From an uncultured delta proteobacterium (GTDB lineage Bacteria; Desulfobacterota; Syntrophobacteria; BM002): a DNA stretch of 64,000 nucleotides. The position numbers and the translations under genes were made by a program. Under the pieces are notes generated by a model, which saw only the letters and a program-made list of their open reading frames with translations, had not been told where the DNA came from and did not search any database. The DNA lies in assembly GCA_963712115.1 (NCBI GenBank), contig CAVQGX010000017.1, forward strand, positions 1-64,000, read 5' to 3'. The number at the start of each line of letters is the position of its first letter. The first letter of the stretch is position 1. Positions 9,101 through 18,262 of the stretch are shown one piece after another.

Positions 9101-10338
9101 TTCTTGGGGTTCATTTCAATAAGTTCGAGCCAGATGCGGATGCTGTGCAAATGTGCCGGATTGGCCAGCACTTGCCATTCTGCACTAACTCCCTGCACCC
9201 CGGGAATTTCAAATCCCAGTCCGATGGTCAAGTCCAGGAAATGGTCGATGAGTTGGTCATTCTCAGTCTTAAAGACTTCCCTGCCAATGGTCAGTAGACA
9301 GGTGAGCCCACTGTCTGGATAGAGCGCCTTGCTCCGCCTGAGAACGGCAAAAGTGCGGGTCATAAAAGAGATAAGGACCTCGGCTGACGCTTCCCGAATG
9401 ATCTGACTCAGCGAATAGTTGATCTCTCGCAGCACATCTTCGTGGATGCTCTCAAGCCCTTTGGTCTCCATGATCCTATAGAGCATGAGAACCTTGGGGT
9501 AGAGGTTATCTCGGCCAAGAAGATTTGGTAGTCTTCGATAATATTGGACAATGTCCACGAAGTCAGGCAGCTCTGTGAGTGCTTTGGCTTGTTCGACCCC
9601 CGCCTGCCGCTTGCCAGTATCTGCCAACTCCTGCTCCAATTCTCGGAGCCGCTCATGGCCAACCGGGGAGAAAACTTCGGGATGAACCTCTGGGTCCCAC
9701 CATTCCCTTGCCTGCTCCTGGAACCAAAGTTGTGGATCTTCCATATTTAGCCAGTAATGATAGGTGGCTTCCAAGGTCCGCTTTAGCAACGAGCAGAAAG
9801 AGGCAAACTCGAAGCCCGCAGGGCAATTAGCCAGTAAATGGGTACCCATCTTTTTCAGGGAGTAATAACTGCTAGCGAACAGGAAGAACCCCGCCTCGGA
9901 CAAAACCTCTATCCTGCCGAAGACATCGTTAAATACCGCACCATATTCTTGGGCAAGCGTGCCCTCCTCAGCCGCCAGCCGCTCAAGAAAAAGGATTAGA
10001 TTGTCGGCAGCCTGGATTCGTGCCGCTGATTGATGGGAATTCCGCACGGCCTCGAGGAAGATGTCAGCCAAGACGCGGCAGACATGAGGGCCTCTGGTTT
10101 GGGGGACATAAATAGGAAAATTTTTCAGAACGTAGCGACGCGTCTCACGGACCACAAAGTCCCAATTGCGGTAGGGATGGCTCAACTCTGCCAGCAACGA
10201 ATCGGTCTGTTGGAGCAGACCGGCATACTCTTGCACCGCTTCTCGCAGCACCTGGTATTTCGGATCAATCTGCACCTCAACTCTGGTTCTTTGCAGATTG
10301 ATGCGCAACGCTTCTGAAGTCAGTTGATCAGGTGCCAT
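6157..10338 (-). CDS. PPDK-like dikinase: ~890-aa N-terminal domain, ATP-binding domain and phospho-His domain, no pyruvate-binding barrel
   Basis: GNKGYNL, PPGF, SVRSGA..SMPGMM, QGEDVVSG, LQTR and GGVTSHAAIVA; the protein ends right after the His domain. Probable start ATG 10338. Confidence 0.85.
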   Translation of the reverse strand: MAPDQLTSEALRINLQRTRVEVQIDPKYQVLREAVQEYAGLLQQTDSLLAELSHPYRNWDFVVRETRRYVLKNFPIYVPQTRGPHVCRVLADIFLEAVRNSHQSAARIQAADNLILFLERLAAEEGTLAQEYGAVFNDVFGRIEVLSEAGFFLFASSYYSLKKMGTHLLANCPAGFEFASFCSLLKRTLEATYHYWLNMEDPQLWFQEQAREWWDPEVHPEVFSPVGHERLRELEQELADTGKRQAGVEQAKALTELPDFVDIVQYYRRLPNLLGRDNLYPKVLMLYRIMETKGLESIHEDVLREINYSLSQIIREASAEVLISFMTRTFAVLRRSKALYPDSGLTCLLTIGREVFKTENDQLIDHFLDLTIGLGFEIPGVQGVSAEWQVLANPAHLHSIRIWLELIEMNPKKASRLLSALLVNLSLGGVCIRDTDLFQKDISRLLDSPIRPLYNLIKQLTKIFPVYFNEIGAEGHLRDVSTEIDELSHRKDLLIHFLRKFSHVESNNLIIDLISAIIAFWRSKDRSSLQRFLPGEVFQQVAESGPYIEEVHRAFTFIFQENGVNNHRDLLELEVEQLAAQLEKVPSVSAREKRRVLLLIELYQLLVQKYELSIRDIVGYLKRGERLGLPNPEGLIEALTTGKYYDKLDSVLSYMESLKEIILSEQPSAAVENIYRKRHIAADIPSMYGSYQERKFDALGLTFRLENLANNLLEEIVARMNLGFITRATFFRINKVMTFFVRALELDGITSGRLEKQLELFDKALEIRRFSCSQYLDIFRGFSEAIRQIINSYYYQMHQDNLPVIIDQLGLQRVLAKYQKGEKSQSQAEFINKVSETFLRDLVASTSGLQTLDNLISRILNTLNKQREVLITEHLDLLMSYDPEKALSAIHEPHYLTNDPIHLGNKGYNLVLLAEYGTKVPPGFIVTTEVFRCRQVFKELDASYQDFLMRVEQRLERLEKLSGCRYGSETKPLLLSVRSGAPISMPGMMNTFLNVGINEKIVEGLIQETAEVWFAWDSYRRFLQSWGMAFGIDRDEFDSIMNAHKAQYNRQFKRQFTPEEIRELTWAYRRALEDRGVGVVDDPVEQLHTAIAQVMQSWYSKKARAYREIMGISENWGTAVTVQSMVYGNLDTNSGAGVAFTHNPRKIDERIQLWGDFTLGNQGEDVVSGLVKTLPLSEEQKLTEGREQQEISLENRFPHIFGQLRALAEKLIYEHGWGPQEIEFTFQGKREDGLFILQTRDMQHRVYRSYPIFVPTPELKEAYLASGIGASGGALCGIAVFNLEEIERYRQECPGEPLILVRSDTVPDDIKEISAADGVLSARGGVTSHAAIVADRLEKTCVVGCLQLQVWEAESRCLLNDQQISGGDILSIDGRGGAIYKGKHPTETVELYQ

Positions 10339-10610
10339 GGTCGCCACCAGATTATCTGCATCTCCTCTGCCACCAGCCAGAAGCAACCGTAGCCCACCAG
10401 TGGACCAATTCCATCTTCTGTGGCCAGCCGGTCTGCTTTCAGTTCGGCGTAAGATTTCTGCATCTCTGCCTCGAAGGAAGCTCGACTCCAGGGGCTTTTG
10501 TAGCTCGCCTGTTTTATGGCCAGCACCTCCGGCAGGTCAGAGAGGCTCATGGGCTTAAGGCAAAACAATTTGGTTGAATCAATAATCCAACCCAAATCAG
10601 ATCCGCCCAT
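10320..10610 (-). pseudogene. rimI: Truncated RimI-like N-acetyltransferase (N-terminal half only)
   Basis: M...DL.EV.AI...S...PWS...F and VGYG.FW.V.EEMQI, then an abrupt end before the acetyl-CoA-binding motif. Confidence 0.7.
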
Positions 10611-10679
10611 GGTGGCTTCAGCCTCCTTACCGGTCGGCGCCGCCTGGTTCCCAGTTGCTCGTCAATCATACACGGAATT

Positions 10680-11090
10680 CTATTCCTTCACCTCTTGATC
10701 CAAGATTTCGCTGGCTAATGAGATGCTTCGCCGCCCATAGTCCTTTATAACACGAGCCAGTTCATCCACTTTATGATCCTGACGTGACTGTGCCAATCTA
10801 AGGATCATGGGTAGATTTACCCCGGTGACAACTTCAATTCCCTCCTTATTCAGAAAACTCAGACTCAAATTGGAAGGGGTACCCCCGAACATGTCCGTGA
10901 GAACTATAACACCATCGCCATCGTTTACTCTATCCATTGCCTCGTCAATCTGTTGCCGCAGATCGTCCACTGGCAGATGAGGATCTAGGGATAGTCCCAC
11001 ACAGTTTTCTATTTTACCCACAATCAGTTCAGCGGTGGCTATGAACTCCTCTGCCAACCTCTGATGCGTAATCACCAACATTCCCACCAT
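10680..11090 (-). CDS. PTS mannose/fructose-type IIA component
   Basis: ITH phospho-His, LTDMFGGTPSN and GVNLPM motifs. Confidence 0.93.
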   Translation of the reverse strand: MVGMLVITHQRLAEEFIATAELIVGKIENCVGLSLDPHLPVDDLRQQIDEAMDRVNDGDGVIVLTDMFGGTPSNLSLSFLNKEGIEVVTGVNLPMILRLAQSRQDHKVDELARVIKDYGRRSISLASEILDQEVKE

Positions 11091-11169
11091 CAGTTAACTC
11101 CTACAAATCAGCAACACTGGTTAATTATACCTACAGAACAAAAGAGAACCAGAGAGCACAGTAGACAAT

Positions 11170-11323
11170 AAATCCGAAATCCGAATATCGAAATCCTAAA
11201 CAATTTCAAATTTTCAAAATCCAAATGACCAAAGCTGATTCTCTTAGCCAGTAGTCCGTTTGGGAAATTGGAGAATTTGTAATTCGAATTTGTTTCGTGC
11301 TTCGGATTTAGGATTTCGAATTT
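11170..11323. repeat. ~155-bp imperfect palindrome (AAATCCG-type family, copy 2)
   Basis: Arms closely match 3355..3516; the central spacer differs. Confidence 0.85.
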
Positions 11324-11382
11324 TGTGGCGGCAACTGTGCTCCCTTTGGTTCATTAACATCCCGCTGTAATCGTAGCCGCCT

Positions 11383-12282
11383 TTAATCGACCTCCACGTC
11401 CCGGTGACCTGCTGTTACTGGATACCCTAGTCCTGCCAACTGGCCTCTCAGTTGCTCGGTGACCACCACAGATCGATGTTTTCCTCCGGTACATCCCACT
11501 GCGATAGTTAGATAGTTTTTACCTTCCTCTCTATAACGAGGCAAGAGATAGTTAATTAACTCAGTAAACTTATCCAGAAATATTTGAGTCTGCCCCTGTT
11601 GCATGACAAAACGAATCACCGGATCTTGAGTGCCGTTCAAGTCTCTAAGCTCCTTGATAAAAAAAGGATTAGGAAGGAATCTTACGTCCATGACAATGTC
11701 TGCTTCCGCTGGCACGCCGTATTTGAATCCAAAAGATAGCACATTTACGTGAAGGGTATCTTCTTCAGGGTAGACTGTGTACAGTCTCGAGATCATCCGC
11801 TTAAGCTCATGCACATTAAGGTTGGATGTATCTATGACCCGGGTGGCCATTTCCTTTAGATGCTTCAGTCGCTCACGTTCAGCCCTAATTCTGTCCAGCA
11901 CAGTCCCAGTTCCCACAAGGGGATGCTTGCGCCGTGTTTGACTGAAGCGGCGCTGGAGGGCCTCATCGGCTGCCTCTAGAAAGAGAATTTCCAGATTGGT
12001 ACCACGCTCCCGTAGCTCGCTAAATACTCTAGGGTAACTTTCGAGAAAGCTCCGCTCACGAATATCCATGCCCAGGGCTATGTGATAGAGGTCTTCCGAG
12101 GATTTCTCTCGCAACTCGAGAAAATCTGCCAATAATACGACCGGCAGATTGTCAACGCAGAAATAGTCGAGATCCTCAAATGCCTTTATGGCTGTACTCT
12201 TGCCAGACCCAGAAAGGCCGGTGACCACCACAACCCTCAATCTTCTATGTGCCTTGTCCTGCCCTTTTTGGGTCACGGTCAC
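11383..12282 (-). CDS. rapZ: RNase adapter RapZ
   Basis: TGLSGSGKS, CVDNLP, SFGFKYG, DVRFLPNP and GCTGGKHRSV motifs. Confidence 0.96.
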   Translation of the reverse strand: MTVTQKGQDKAHRRLRVVVVTGLSGSGKSTAIKAFEDLDYFCVDNLPVVLLADFLELREKSSEDLYHIALGMDIRERSFLESYPRVFSELRERGTNLEILFLEAADEALQRRFSQTRRKHPLVGTGTVLDRIRAERERLKHLKEMATRVIDTSNLNVHELKRMISRLYTVYPEEDTLHVNVLSFGFKYGVPAEADIVMDVRFLPNPFFIKELRDLNGTQDPVIRFVMQQGQTQIFLDKFTELINYLLPRYREEGKNYLTIAVGCTGGKHRSVVVTEQLRGQLAGLGYPVTAGHRDVEVD

Positions 12283-12617
12283 CTCTGCAAGAGCTCTATC
12301 TCGAGATTAAATATCCCTGGAGTAATGGAGCAATTCAATTATGGATTCGGGCACCAAATCGCGGAATGGGGATTGTGGACTTCAATGCAAAACAGAAGAC
12401 AGGTTTGGAATTTGCAGTTTGACATTGTTTAATCCGAAATCCGAGATTCGAAATTTCTGACACTTCAGTACTCCAATACTCAATTTAAATTGTGCTCTTT
12501 GTCCACTTTGTGGTGAAAAAATACCCGTATGTGTTGGAAGGCGTATATTTTGCGACTAGATGCTCAAAGTGGCGAGATAGAGCTTACAGGGGCACATAAA
12601 CCGGAGGTGCGCTATGG

Positions 12618-13079
12618 TCAGAACTCTTTATCCTCTTCCTGAATTACCAGGAAAAGTTCTTCTACGGTTCCGGCCTCCAAAAGCCTCTGACGGAAGTGAG
12701 CACTTTTGAGCAACCGGGATATCTTTGCTAAGGCACGCAAATGAATACCGGCAGAGTTTTCGGGAGCTATGAGCAAAAAAAACAGATGGGTTGGCCTGCC
12801 ATCCATGGAATCAAATTCAATCCCCTGGGCGCTGCGTCCAAAGGATAGGATCAATTCGTCGAGATCCTGGATCTTGCCATGCGGTATAGCTATGCCGTCA
12901 CCGATTCCGGTACTGCCCAGCCGTTCACGCTCAAGTAGTACCTCTACCAGAGCCTCTTTATTCAAATTGGCCTTGCAATTTGACAACGCTCCCGTGAGCT
13001 CCTCCAGCACCTCTTTCTTGGTCCTAGAGCGAAGCTCTGGGATGATGCAATCCTTGCTCAGGATGTCCAGTATTTTCAT
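12618..13079 (-). CDS. ptsN: PTS IIA-Ntr-like protein
   Basis: ERERLGSTGIGDGIAIPH motif; rpoN-hpf-ptsN-rapZ synteny. Confidence 0.93.
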   Translation of the reverse strand: MKILDILSKDCIIPELRSRTKKEVLEELTGALSNCKANLNKEALVEVLLERERLGSTGIGDGIAIPHGKIQDLDELILSFGRSAQGIEFDSMDGRPTHLFFLLIAPENSAGIHLRALAKISRLLKSAHFRQRLLEAGTVEELFLVIQEEDKEF

Positions 13080-13150
13080 CAATGCTCTCAGCAAACCTTT
13101 TTTCTGCAGCGGTGAGAAACTACTTTCTCAGCCACCACGGAGCAATCCTA

Positions 13151-13693
13151 TTAGCTCTCTGGCTCTATCAGGCCGAAGTTGCCATCCTTCCGTCTATAGA
13201 TGACATTGATGTTTCGGGTCTTGGCATTAGTAAAAACCAAAAATTCGCTGTTGGCAAGATCCAACTGCATCACGGCCTCATCTACATCCATTGGCTTGGC
13301 ATAAATCTGTTTTGTCTTTATGATTTGAGGTTTTTGGGCCTCTTCAAAACTCTCGCCGGCCAGGATATTCATCTTCATCACTAAGGGCTTTGTTCCGCCG
13401 TCGCTCTTCCGCTTCTTTAATTTCTCCCTGTACCTCTTTATCTGGGATTCAACCTTATCTACCACCATATCGATGGCCGAGTACATATCGCCAGTCTCTT
13501 CTTGCCCATTGATGCGAAGGCCGTTGGCATTGATGCTTACTTCAGCGATATGCCTAAATTTTTCTACTGAAAGCACCACATGGGCCTCAATGGGATCCTC
13601 TACATACTTTTTGATGCGATGGAGTTTTTCCTCAGCGTAATTACGCAAGGTATCTGATGCGTCAATCTTTCTGAAAGTAACCGAAACCTGCAT
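13151..13693 (-). CDS. hpf: Ribosome hibernation promoting factor, long form
   Basis: DMYSAID, KPMDVDEAVMQL and VIYRRKDG motifs. Confidence 0.95.
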   Translation of the reverse strand: MQVSVTFRKIDASDTLRNYAEEKLHRIKKYVEDPIEAHVVLSVEKFRHIAEVSINANGLRINGQEETGDMYSAIDMVVDKVESQIKRYREKLKKRKSDGGTKPLVMKMNILAGESFEEAQKPQIIKTKQIYAKPMDVDEAVMQLDLANSEFLVFTNAKTRNINVIYRRKDGNFGLIEPES

Positions 13694-13761
13694 CTACAAC
13701 CTCCCTATCAAGACTTTATTGTATAAATTTGCGGGGTGGAAAAGCACCTGAATTATGATAC

Positions 13762-13920
13762 AAATCCCAATTCCCAAGCACCAAATCCCAAACAAATCCC
13801 AAATTCCAATGTTCCAATGTTCAAAACAGTTTTGATTTAAACAGTGTGAAGTGGGTTTGGGTCATTTGGATTTGGATAATTTGAATTTGTTTAGAATTTC
13901 GGATTTAGAACTTAGAATTT
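13762..13920. repeat. ~160-bp imperfect palindrome (AAATCC-type family, copy 3) overlapping the rpoN stop codon
   Basis: AAATCCCAATTCCCAAGCACCAAATCCCAAACAAAT...ATTTGTTTAGAATTTCGGATTTAGAACTTAGAATTT; shares AATGTTCCAATGTTCAAAACA with copy 1. Confidence 0.8.
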
Positions 13921-15385
13921 ATTTTTTCTTTCTTTTCTTAGTCCCCCACACTGGTTGCTTACGCAGATTGGAGGGTAATATGCCCAGCAGTTCGCGATAT
14001 TTGGCTACGGTTCTGCGAGCAATGTCGATGTTCTCCTCGCGCAGCTTCTCAACAATGGCCTTATCACTGTAAGGTTTTTGCGGATCTTCGTTGGCGACAA
14101 GTTGGCGGATTCTTTCCTTCACACTCTCCGAGGCCACGGCACCACCGGTGAAACTGCTTATTGATGAGTTGAAGAAATACTTTAGCTCAAACACGCCCCT
14201 CGGTGTGTGCATGTATTTATTAGTGGTTACACGACTAATGGTGGACTCGTGCATGCTTAGATCTTCGGCAACGTCTCTCAGGACCAAAGGCTTTAGGTGG
14301 GCAATGCCTTTATCAAAAAAATCGCGTTGGAACTTTATTATACTCTCAGCCACTCGGTATATGGTGCGTTGTCTCTGATGAATGCTTTTGATAAGCCACG
14401 CAGCAGAGCGCAACTTGCCTTGGATATATTCCCTTGCCTGATCCGAAACATCACCATCTTTACTCAAGGCCTCGCGGTAAAAAGGGCTTATCCGTAGTTT
14501 TGGCATGCCGTCTTCGTTGAGCAGGATGACAAATTCATTGTCCACCTTATACACATAGATATCGGGGCTGATATATTGGATTTCCTCCTCGTCGTATTGC
14601 TTGCCGGGTTTAGGATCCAGCCCTGTTATTAGCTCAATGGCCTCCTTGATCTCTTCCGGCTTCCTGCCGGTGGCTTTTACAATGCTGTGGTAGTTCCTAT
14701 TTTCCAAGTCATGCAAATGATTTGTGATGATGTTGATAACCAGGTCATCTTCAAGCTCCAGATTCCTTCCTTGAATGAGCAGGCACTCTTGCAGGTCCCT
14801 TGCCGCAACCCCCGGTGGGTCGAACGCCTGAACCAGATTGAGCACCTCCTCTACACAAGACTCATCGCATCCAGCCATCTCAGCGATCTCAGCCGAGGTA
14901 GCCTTTAAATATCCATCTTGGTCTAAGTTCCCAATAATCAAGGTACCTATTTCTTTCTGGGCATCACTCGCACTTGACAGGTATAGTTGCCATAATAAGT
15001 GGGCATCCAAGGAGGGCTTCTTGACTAAGCGGCTCTCTATCGCCGGTAGTTCCCTAGCTTCTTCGCGCTCTACCCGCACCCTGGGGCCAGAGGTGTATTC
15101 TCCTAAGTATTCCTCCCAGTCGAAATCTTCTTTGGGTTTCTCATCTATGGTGACCTCAGAGACATTCGCTTCACGGTTGGCGGAGTCAACCTCCTCTGTC
15201 CGATCGTCAGATTCCGCTTCAGCTTCCTGGCCCTCTTCCAATAGTGGATTACTCTGCAGTTCCTGGCTTATGGTTTCCAGCAACTCCAAGCGGGAAAGCT
15301 GCAACAGCTTGATCGCCTGCTGCAGCTGGGGCGTCATGATCAACTGTTGTGCGAGTTTTAAGTGCTGTCTGAGTTCTATTGCCAT
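13919..15385 (-). CDS. rpoN: RNA polymerase sigma-54 factor
   Basis: MTPQLQQAIKLLQL, HESTISRVT and the RpoN box ARRTVAKYRE. Confidence 0.98.
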   Translation of the reverse strand: MAIELRQHLKLAQQLIMTPQLQQAIKLLQLSRLELLETISQELQSNPLLEEGQEAEAESDDRTEEVDSANREANVSEVTIDEKPKEDFDWEEYLGEYTSGPRVRVEREEARELPAIESRLVKKPSLDAHLLWQLYLSSASDAQKEIGTLIIGNLDQDGYLKATSAEIAEMAGCDESCVEEVLNLVQAFDPPGVAARDLQECLLIQGRNLELEDDLVINIITNHLHDLENRNYHSIVKATGRKPEEIKEAIELITGLDPKPGKQYDEEEIQYISPDIYVYKVDNEFVILLNEDGMPKLRISPFYREALSKDGDVSDQAREYIQGKLRSAAWLIKSIHQRQRTIYRVAESIIKFQRDFFDKGIAHLKPLVLRDVAEDLSMHESTISRVTTNKYMHTPRGVFELKYFFNSSISSFTGGAVASESVKERIRQLVANEDPQKPYSDKAIVEKLREENIDIARRTVAKYRELLGILPSNLRKQPVWGTKKRKKK

Positions 15386-15400
15386 GGTTACCAAATAAGG

Positions 15401-16246
15401 TTAGAGAGTGAACTCTTCGCCCAAATAGATGCGACGGGCGCGCTGGCTCGAAGCAATCTGGTCAGGGTCTCCTTCTTCTAAAATAGTACCTTCGTTTAGT
15501 ATATATGCGCGGTCGCAGACCTTGAGGGTTTCCCGCACGTTGTGGTCGGATATCAGAATCCCAATGCCCTTTTCCTTTAACTGGGCGACAATTTTCTGAA
15601 TGTCAATAACCGCCAATGGGTCAATACCAGCAAAAGGCTCATCCAGCAAGAGAAAGCTGGGAGAGGTCACCAGGGCTCGGGTGATTTCCACCCGTCTCCG
15701 CTCACCCCCTGACAGGGAATATCCCTTGCTGCGAGCGAGGTGTCCAACATTCAGCTCACCTAAAAGTTCTGAGAGTCGCTGTCGTCTTTCCTCACGGCTG
15801 AGGCCCATAGTTTCAAGTATGGCCAGAATATTTTGTTCCACGGTCAACTTGCGAAAAATAGACGGTTCCTGGGGGAGATAAGTGATTCCCTCTCGAGCCC
15901 GGAGGTACATGGGTTGAGAGGTGACATCCTTGCCATCCAGAAATATCTGACCACCATCCGGGCGGATTAACCCCACAATCATGTAAAAGGTGGTGGTTTT
16001 CCCCGCTCCATTGGGACCCAGCAGACCTATGATTTCACCACGGTTAACGGTCAAGCTAACCTTGTCCACCACGTGCCGTTTGCGGTAAATCTTTACCAGA
16101 TCGGTAGCAACCAGTTTACCCAGCTGTGGCTCGGTCTTTTCCTGCTCTTCACTTTCCCTTATCGCTGGCTCCGTCAACCAAACCTCCGCTACTAGAACTG
16201 TAAATGGTCGCTTCCACAGGCCGGGATGGCCCTCCCTCGACCACAC
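15401..16246 (-). CDS. lptB: LPS export ABC ATPase LptB (true start probably further in, near 16120-16150)
   Basis: [32 protein letters not shown] and DEPFAGIDP motifs. Confidence 0.95.
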   Translation of the reverse strand: MWSREGHPGLWKRPFTVLVAEVWLTEPAIRESEEQEKTEPQLGKLVATDLVKIYRKRHVVDKVSLTVNRGEIIGLLGPNGAGKTTTFYMIVGLIRPDGGQIFLDGKDVTSQPMYLRAREGITYLPQEPSIFRKLTVEQNILAILETMGLSREERRQRLSELLGELNVGHLARSKGYSLSGGERRRVEITRALVTSPSFLLLDEPFAGIDPLAVIDIQKIVAQLKEKGIGILISDHNVRETLKVCDRAYILNEGTILEEGDPDQIASSQRARRIYLGEEFTL

Positions 16247-16724
16247 TTTTCTCAGTGTCTAAAAAAAGGGTGATTTTGTCTCCTTGAATAGAGTCTTTGC
16301 CTCGTTCAACCCGGGGCTTACCAGTGAGGATGATTTTGTTTTCCTCGTTAAAATAAACAACGTGTTCACCGGTGGCTACAATTTCTTTCTGAGAAATGTG
16401 AACGCCACCATCAACCTCTATCCGATCCAATTGTCCTGTTAGTCCCTCTTCATTCGGCTGGGGATTTTCCTTTTCCGAGTAAAAGATGGTCATCCGGTCT
16501 CCGCGGATTGTAAGTTCTCCTTGCTTCGCCACCACATTACCGATGAAGATCACCTTCTGTAGCTGCTGGTATGCTTCAAGCCTATCGCTCACTATGTGGA
16601 CAGGGGCATCCTTTGGAGCTTTAGTCTGTCCGTGGCCAAGTCCGCTGAACAGGAGCCACATAATTGCCAGGACAATCACTGTATGAGTGCAAGTTTTGCA
16701 TTTCTTGACAACCAGGTTGTTCAA
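16149..16724 (-). CDS. lptA: LPS transport periplasmic protein LptA
   Basis: Signal peptide, OstA-like F.GNV...QG and LTG.P repeats; synteny. Confidence 0.9.
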   Translation of the reverse strand: MNNLVVKKCKTCTHTVIVLAIMWLLFSGLGHGQTKAPKDAPVHIVSDRLEAYQQLQKVIFIGNVVAKQGELTIRGDRMTIFYSEKENPQPNEEGLTGQLDRIEVDGGVHISQKEIVATGEHVVYFNEENKIILTGKPRVERGKDSIQGDKITLFLDTEKSVVEGGPSRPVEATIYSSSSGGLVDGASDKGK

Positions 16725-16747
16725 ACAATTAATCCTGTGCCGGGCAC

Positions 16748-17362
16748 CTATGATACTCTCTGTTTTTGCCCAGTTAAAGGGCTGACCCCCTCAAGTTTTG
16801 TTCCCATGTGACGCAAAATACTCACAGACTTTTTTTCTATCTCCAGCCGCATGCCCTGGCCCTTCGTTGTGAGCCCCTGTCCTTTGAGGACGAGCTGCGC
16901 ATTTGTATAGATCAACTCCTTGTCTCGATCATAGAGAAGGCGATCTGTCGTTAGTTTGTAGTCCTTGCCGAAAGTCACACCAACATTACCACTTATCTCC
17001 ATGTTATTGGTGTCGGTGTGTAAAACTCCCCTATCCCCCAGGAGCTCAACCTGGCCACCGTTTTTGAGGAAAAATATTGCCTTGACCTGGTCAAGTAGAG
17101 TTTCTTTCCTGTCATCAAAGTAAGTTGCCGTGTCTGCCCACACAGTCCACCGCGCATTCCCTTTCTTGACGTCGCGGTATTCAAAGTTTTTAAGAGTTAG
17201 ATTGCCATCCTCGCTGGTCAACTCAGCTGCAATGGCCGGTAGGCTTTCTTTTGCCGAGCGCACCTGCAATCCTACAAAAATCGCTATGACCACGCCCGCC
17301 ATAGCCAGGAAAAGGAGCCATCGAATGACACGGATACGTTGCCAAAATTTCTCCACCATCAA
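16748..17362 (-). CDS. lptC: LPS export protein LptC
   Basis: Single N-terminal transmembrane helix plus beta-jellyroll pattern; synteny. Confidence 0.88.
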   Translation of the reverse strand: MMVEKFWQRIRVIRWLLFLAMAGVVIAIFVGLQVRSAKESLPAIAAELTSEDGNLTLKNFEYRDVKKGNARWTVWADTATYFDDRKETLLDQVKAIFFLKNGGQVELLGDRGVLHTDTNNMEISGNVGVTFGKDYKLTTDRLLYDRDKELIYTNAQLVLKGQGLTTKGQGMRLEIEKKSVSILRHMGTKLEGVSPLTGQKQRVS

Positions 17363-17550
17363 CTTCCAGCTCCAATTAGTGAGACTATCTTACTTGGGTT
17401 ATGCAACTTCTGGGCCCATTCACTTTAATAAGCAGGGCTGTTTTCACATATACCATAGGCCTTGACACAGTGTAAAGCCCGTTGTCAGAGTAAAAAAAAT
17501 AATAATATTAATAATTACAGCATATTACATTTTTATCTCCAGCTTAAGAA

Positions 17551-18105
17551 TTATGTAATTTCAGGATTGAAGTAGACCGCAGTAATCTCCTCCCACTTCC
17601 CCTGAACCTGGAGCAAGAATTCGCAGACCTCTCGCACTGCCCTACGGCCACCTTTGCTCAGGGTGCTGGCGTGACAATAGGGACGAATATGAGAGGCGCC
17701 ATCGGCAACCGCCACGGCCAATCCCACCCGTCTGAACACGGGAACGTCTACCAGATCATCACCCACGTAGGCTACACTCTGGTCATCAAGCTCTCGTAGT
17801 TGCAAAATCTCCTCATAGTCAGCGAGCTTGTTCCTGCTTCCTTGCACCACAAGCTTAATCCCTAGATCTCGAGCACGGTCGTCAACCACTTGCGATCTCC
17901 TACCTGTGAGCAGGGCCACCTCTATCCCAGCTCGTTGGAGCAAACGAATGCCATGGCCGTCGTGAACGTGGAAAACCTTACTTTCCTGACCATTAGCATG
18001 CCAAACTAGGCCGCCGTCGGTGAGCACTCCGTCCACATCCAAAACCAACAGCTTAATCCGTGCTGCCCGTTCTCTAACCTCTTCCTCGCCCTTTAAAAAC
18101 TCCAC
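17551..18105 (-). CDS. kdsC: KDO-8-phosphate phosphatase
   Basis: LDVDGVLTDG, DGHGI and YVGDDLVD motifs. Confidence 0.95.
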   Translation of the reverse strand: MEFLKGEEEVRERAARIKLLVLDVDGVLTDGGLVWHANGQESKVFHVHDGHGIRLLQRAGIEVALLTGRRSQVVDDRARDLGIKLVVQGSRNKLADYEEILQLRELDDQSVAYVGDDLVDVPVFRRVGLAVAVADGASHIRPYCHASTLSKGGRRAVREVCEFLLQVQGKWEEITAVYFNPEIT

Positions 18106-18146
18106 GTCCGGATCTCCAGTAAATGAAGCCCACAGAGAAAAGCCTT

Positions 18147-18240
18147 AAGATTGGGATTTTGGATTGAGATTGCAGATTGCAGATAAAAGTTTGTGATCCT
18201 AGTTATGTCAATCTAAAATCGTCAAATCTTACATCTCAAT
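18147..18240. repeat. AGATT-type heptamer palindrome
   Basis: AGATTGGGATTTTGGATTGAGATTGCAGATTGCAGAT versus AATCTAAAATCGTCAAATCTTACATCTCAAT; a related element lies at 46240..46349. Confidence 0.6.
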
Positions 18241-18262
18241 GTACTGGTTATCCTTTCGCTGA

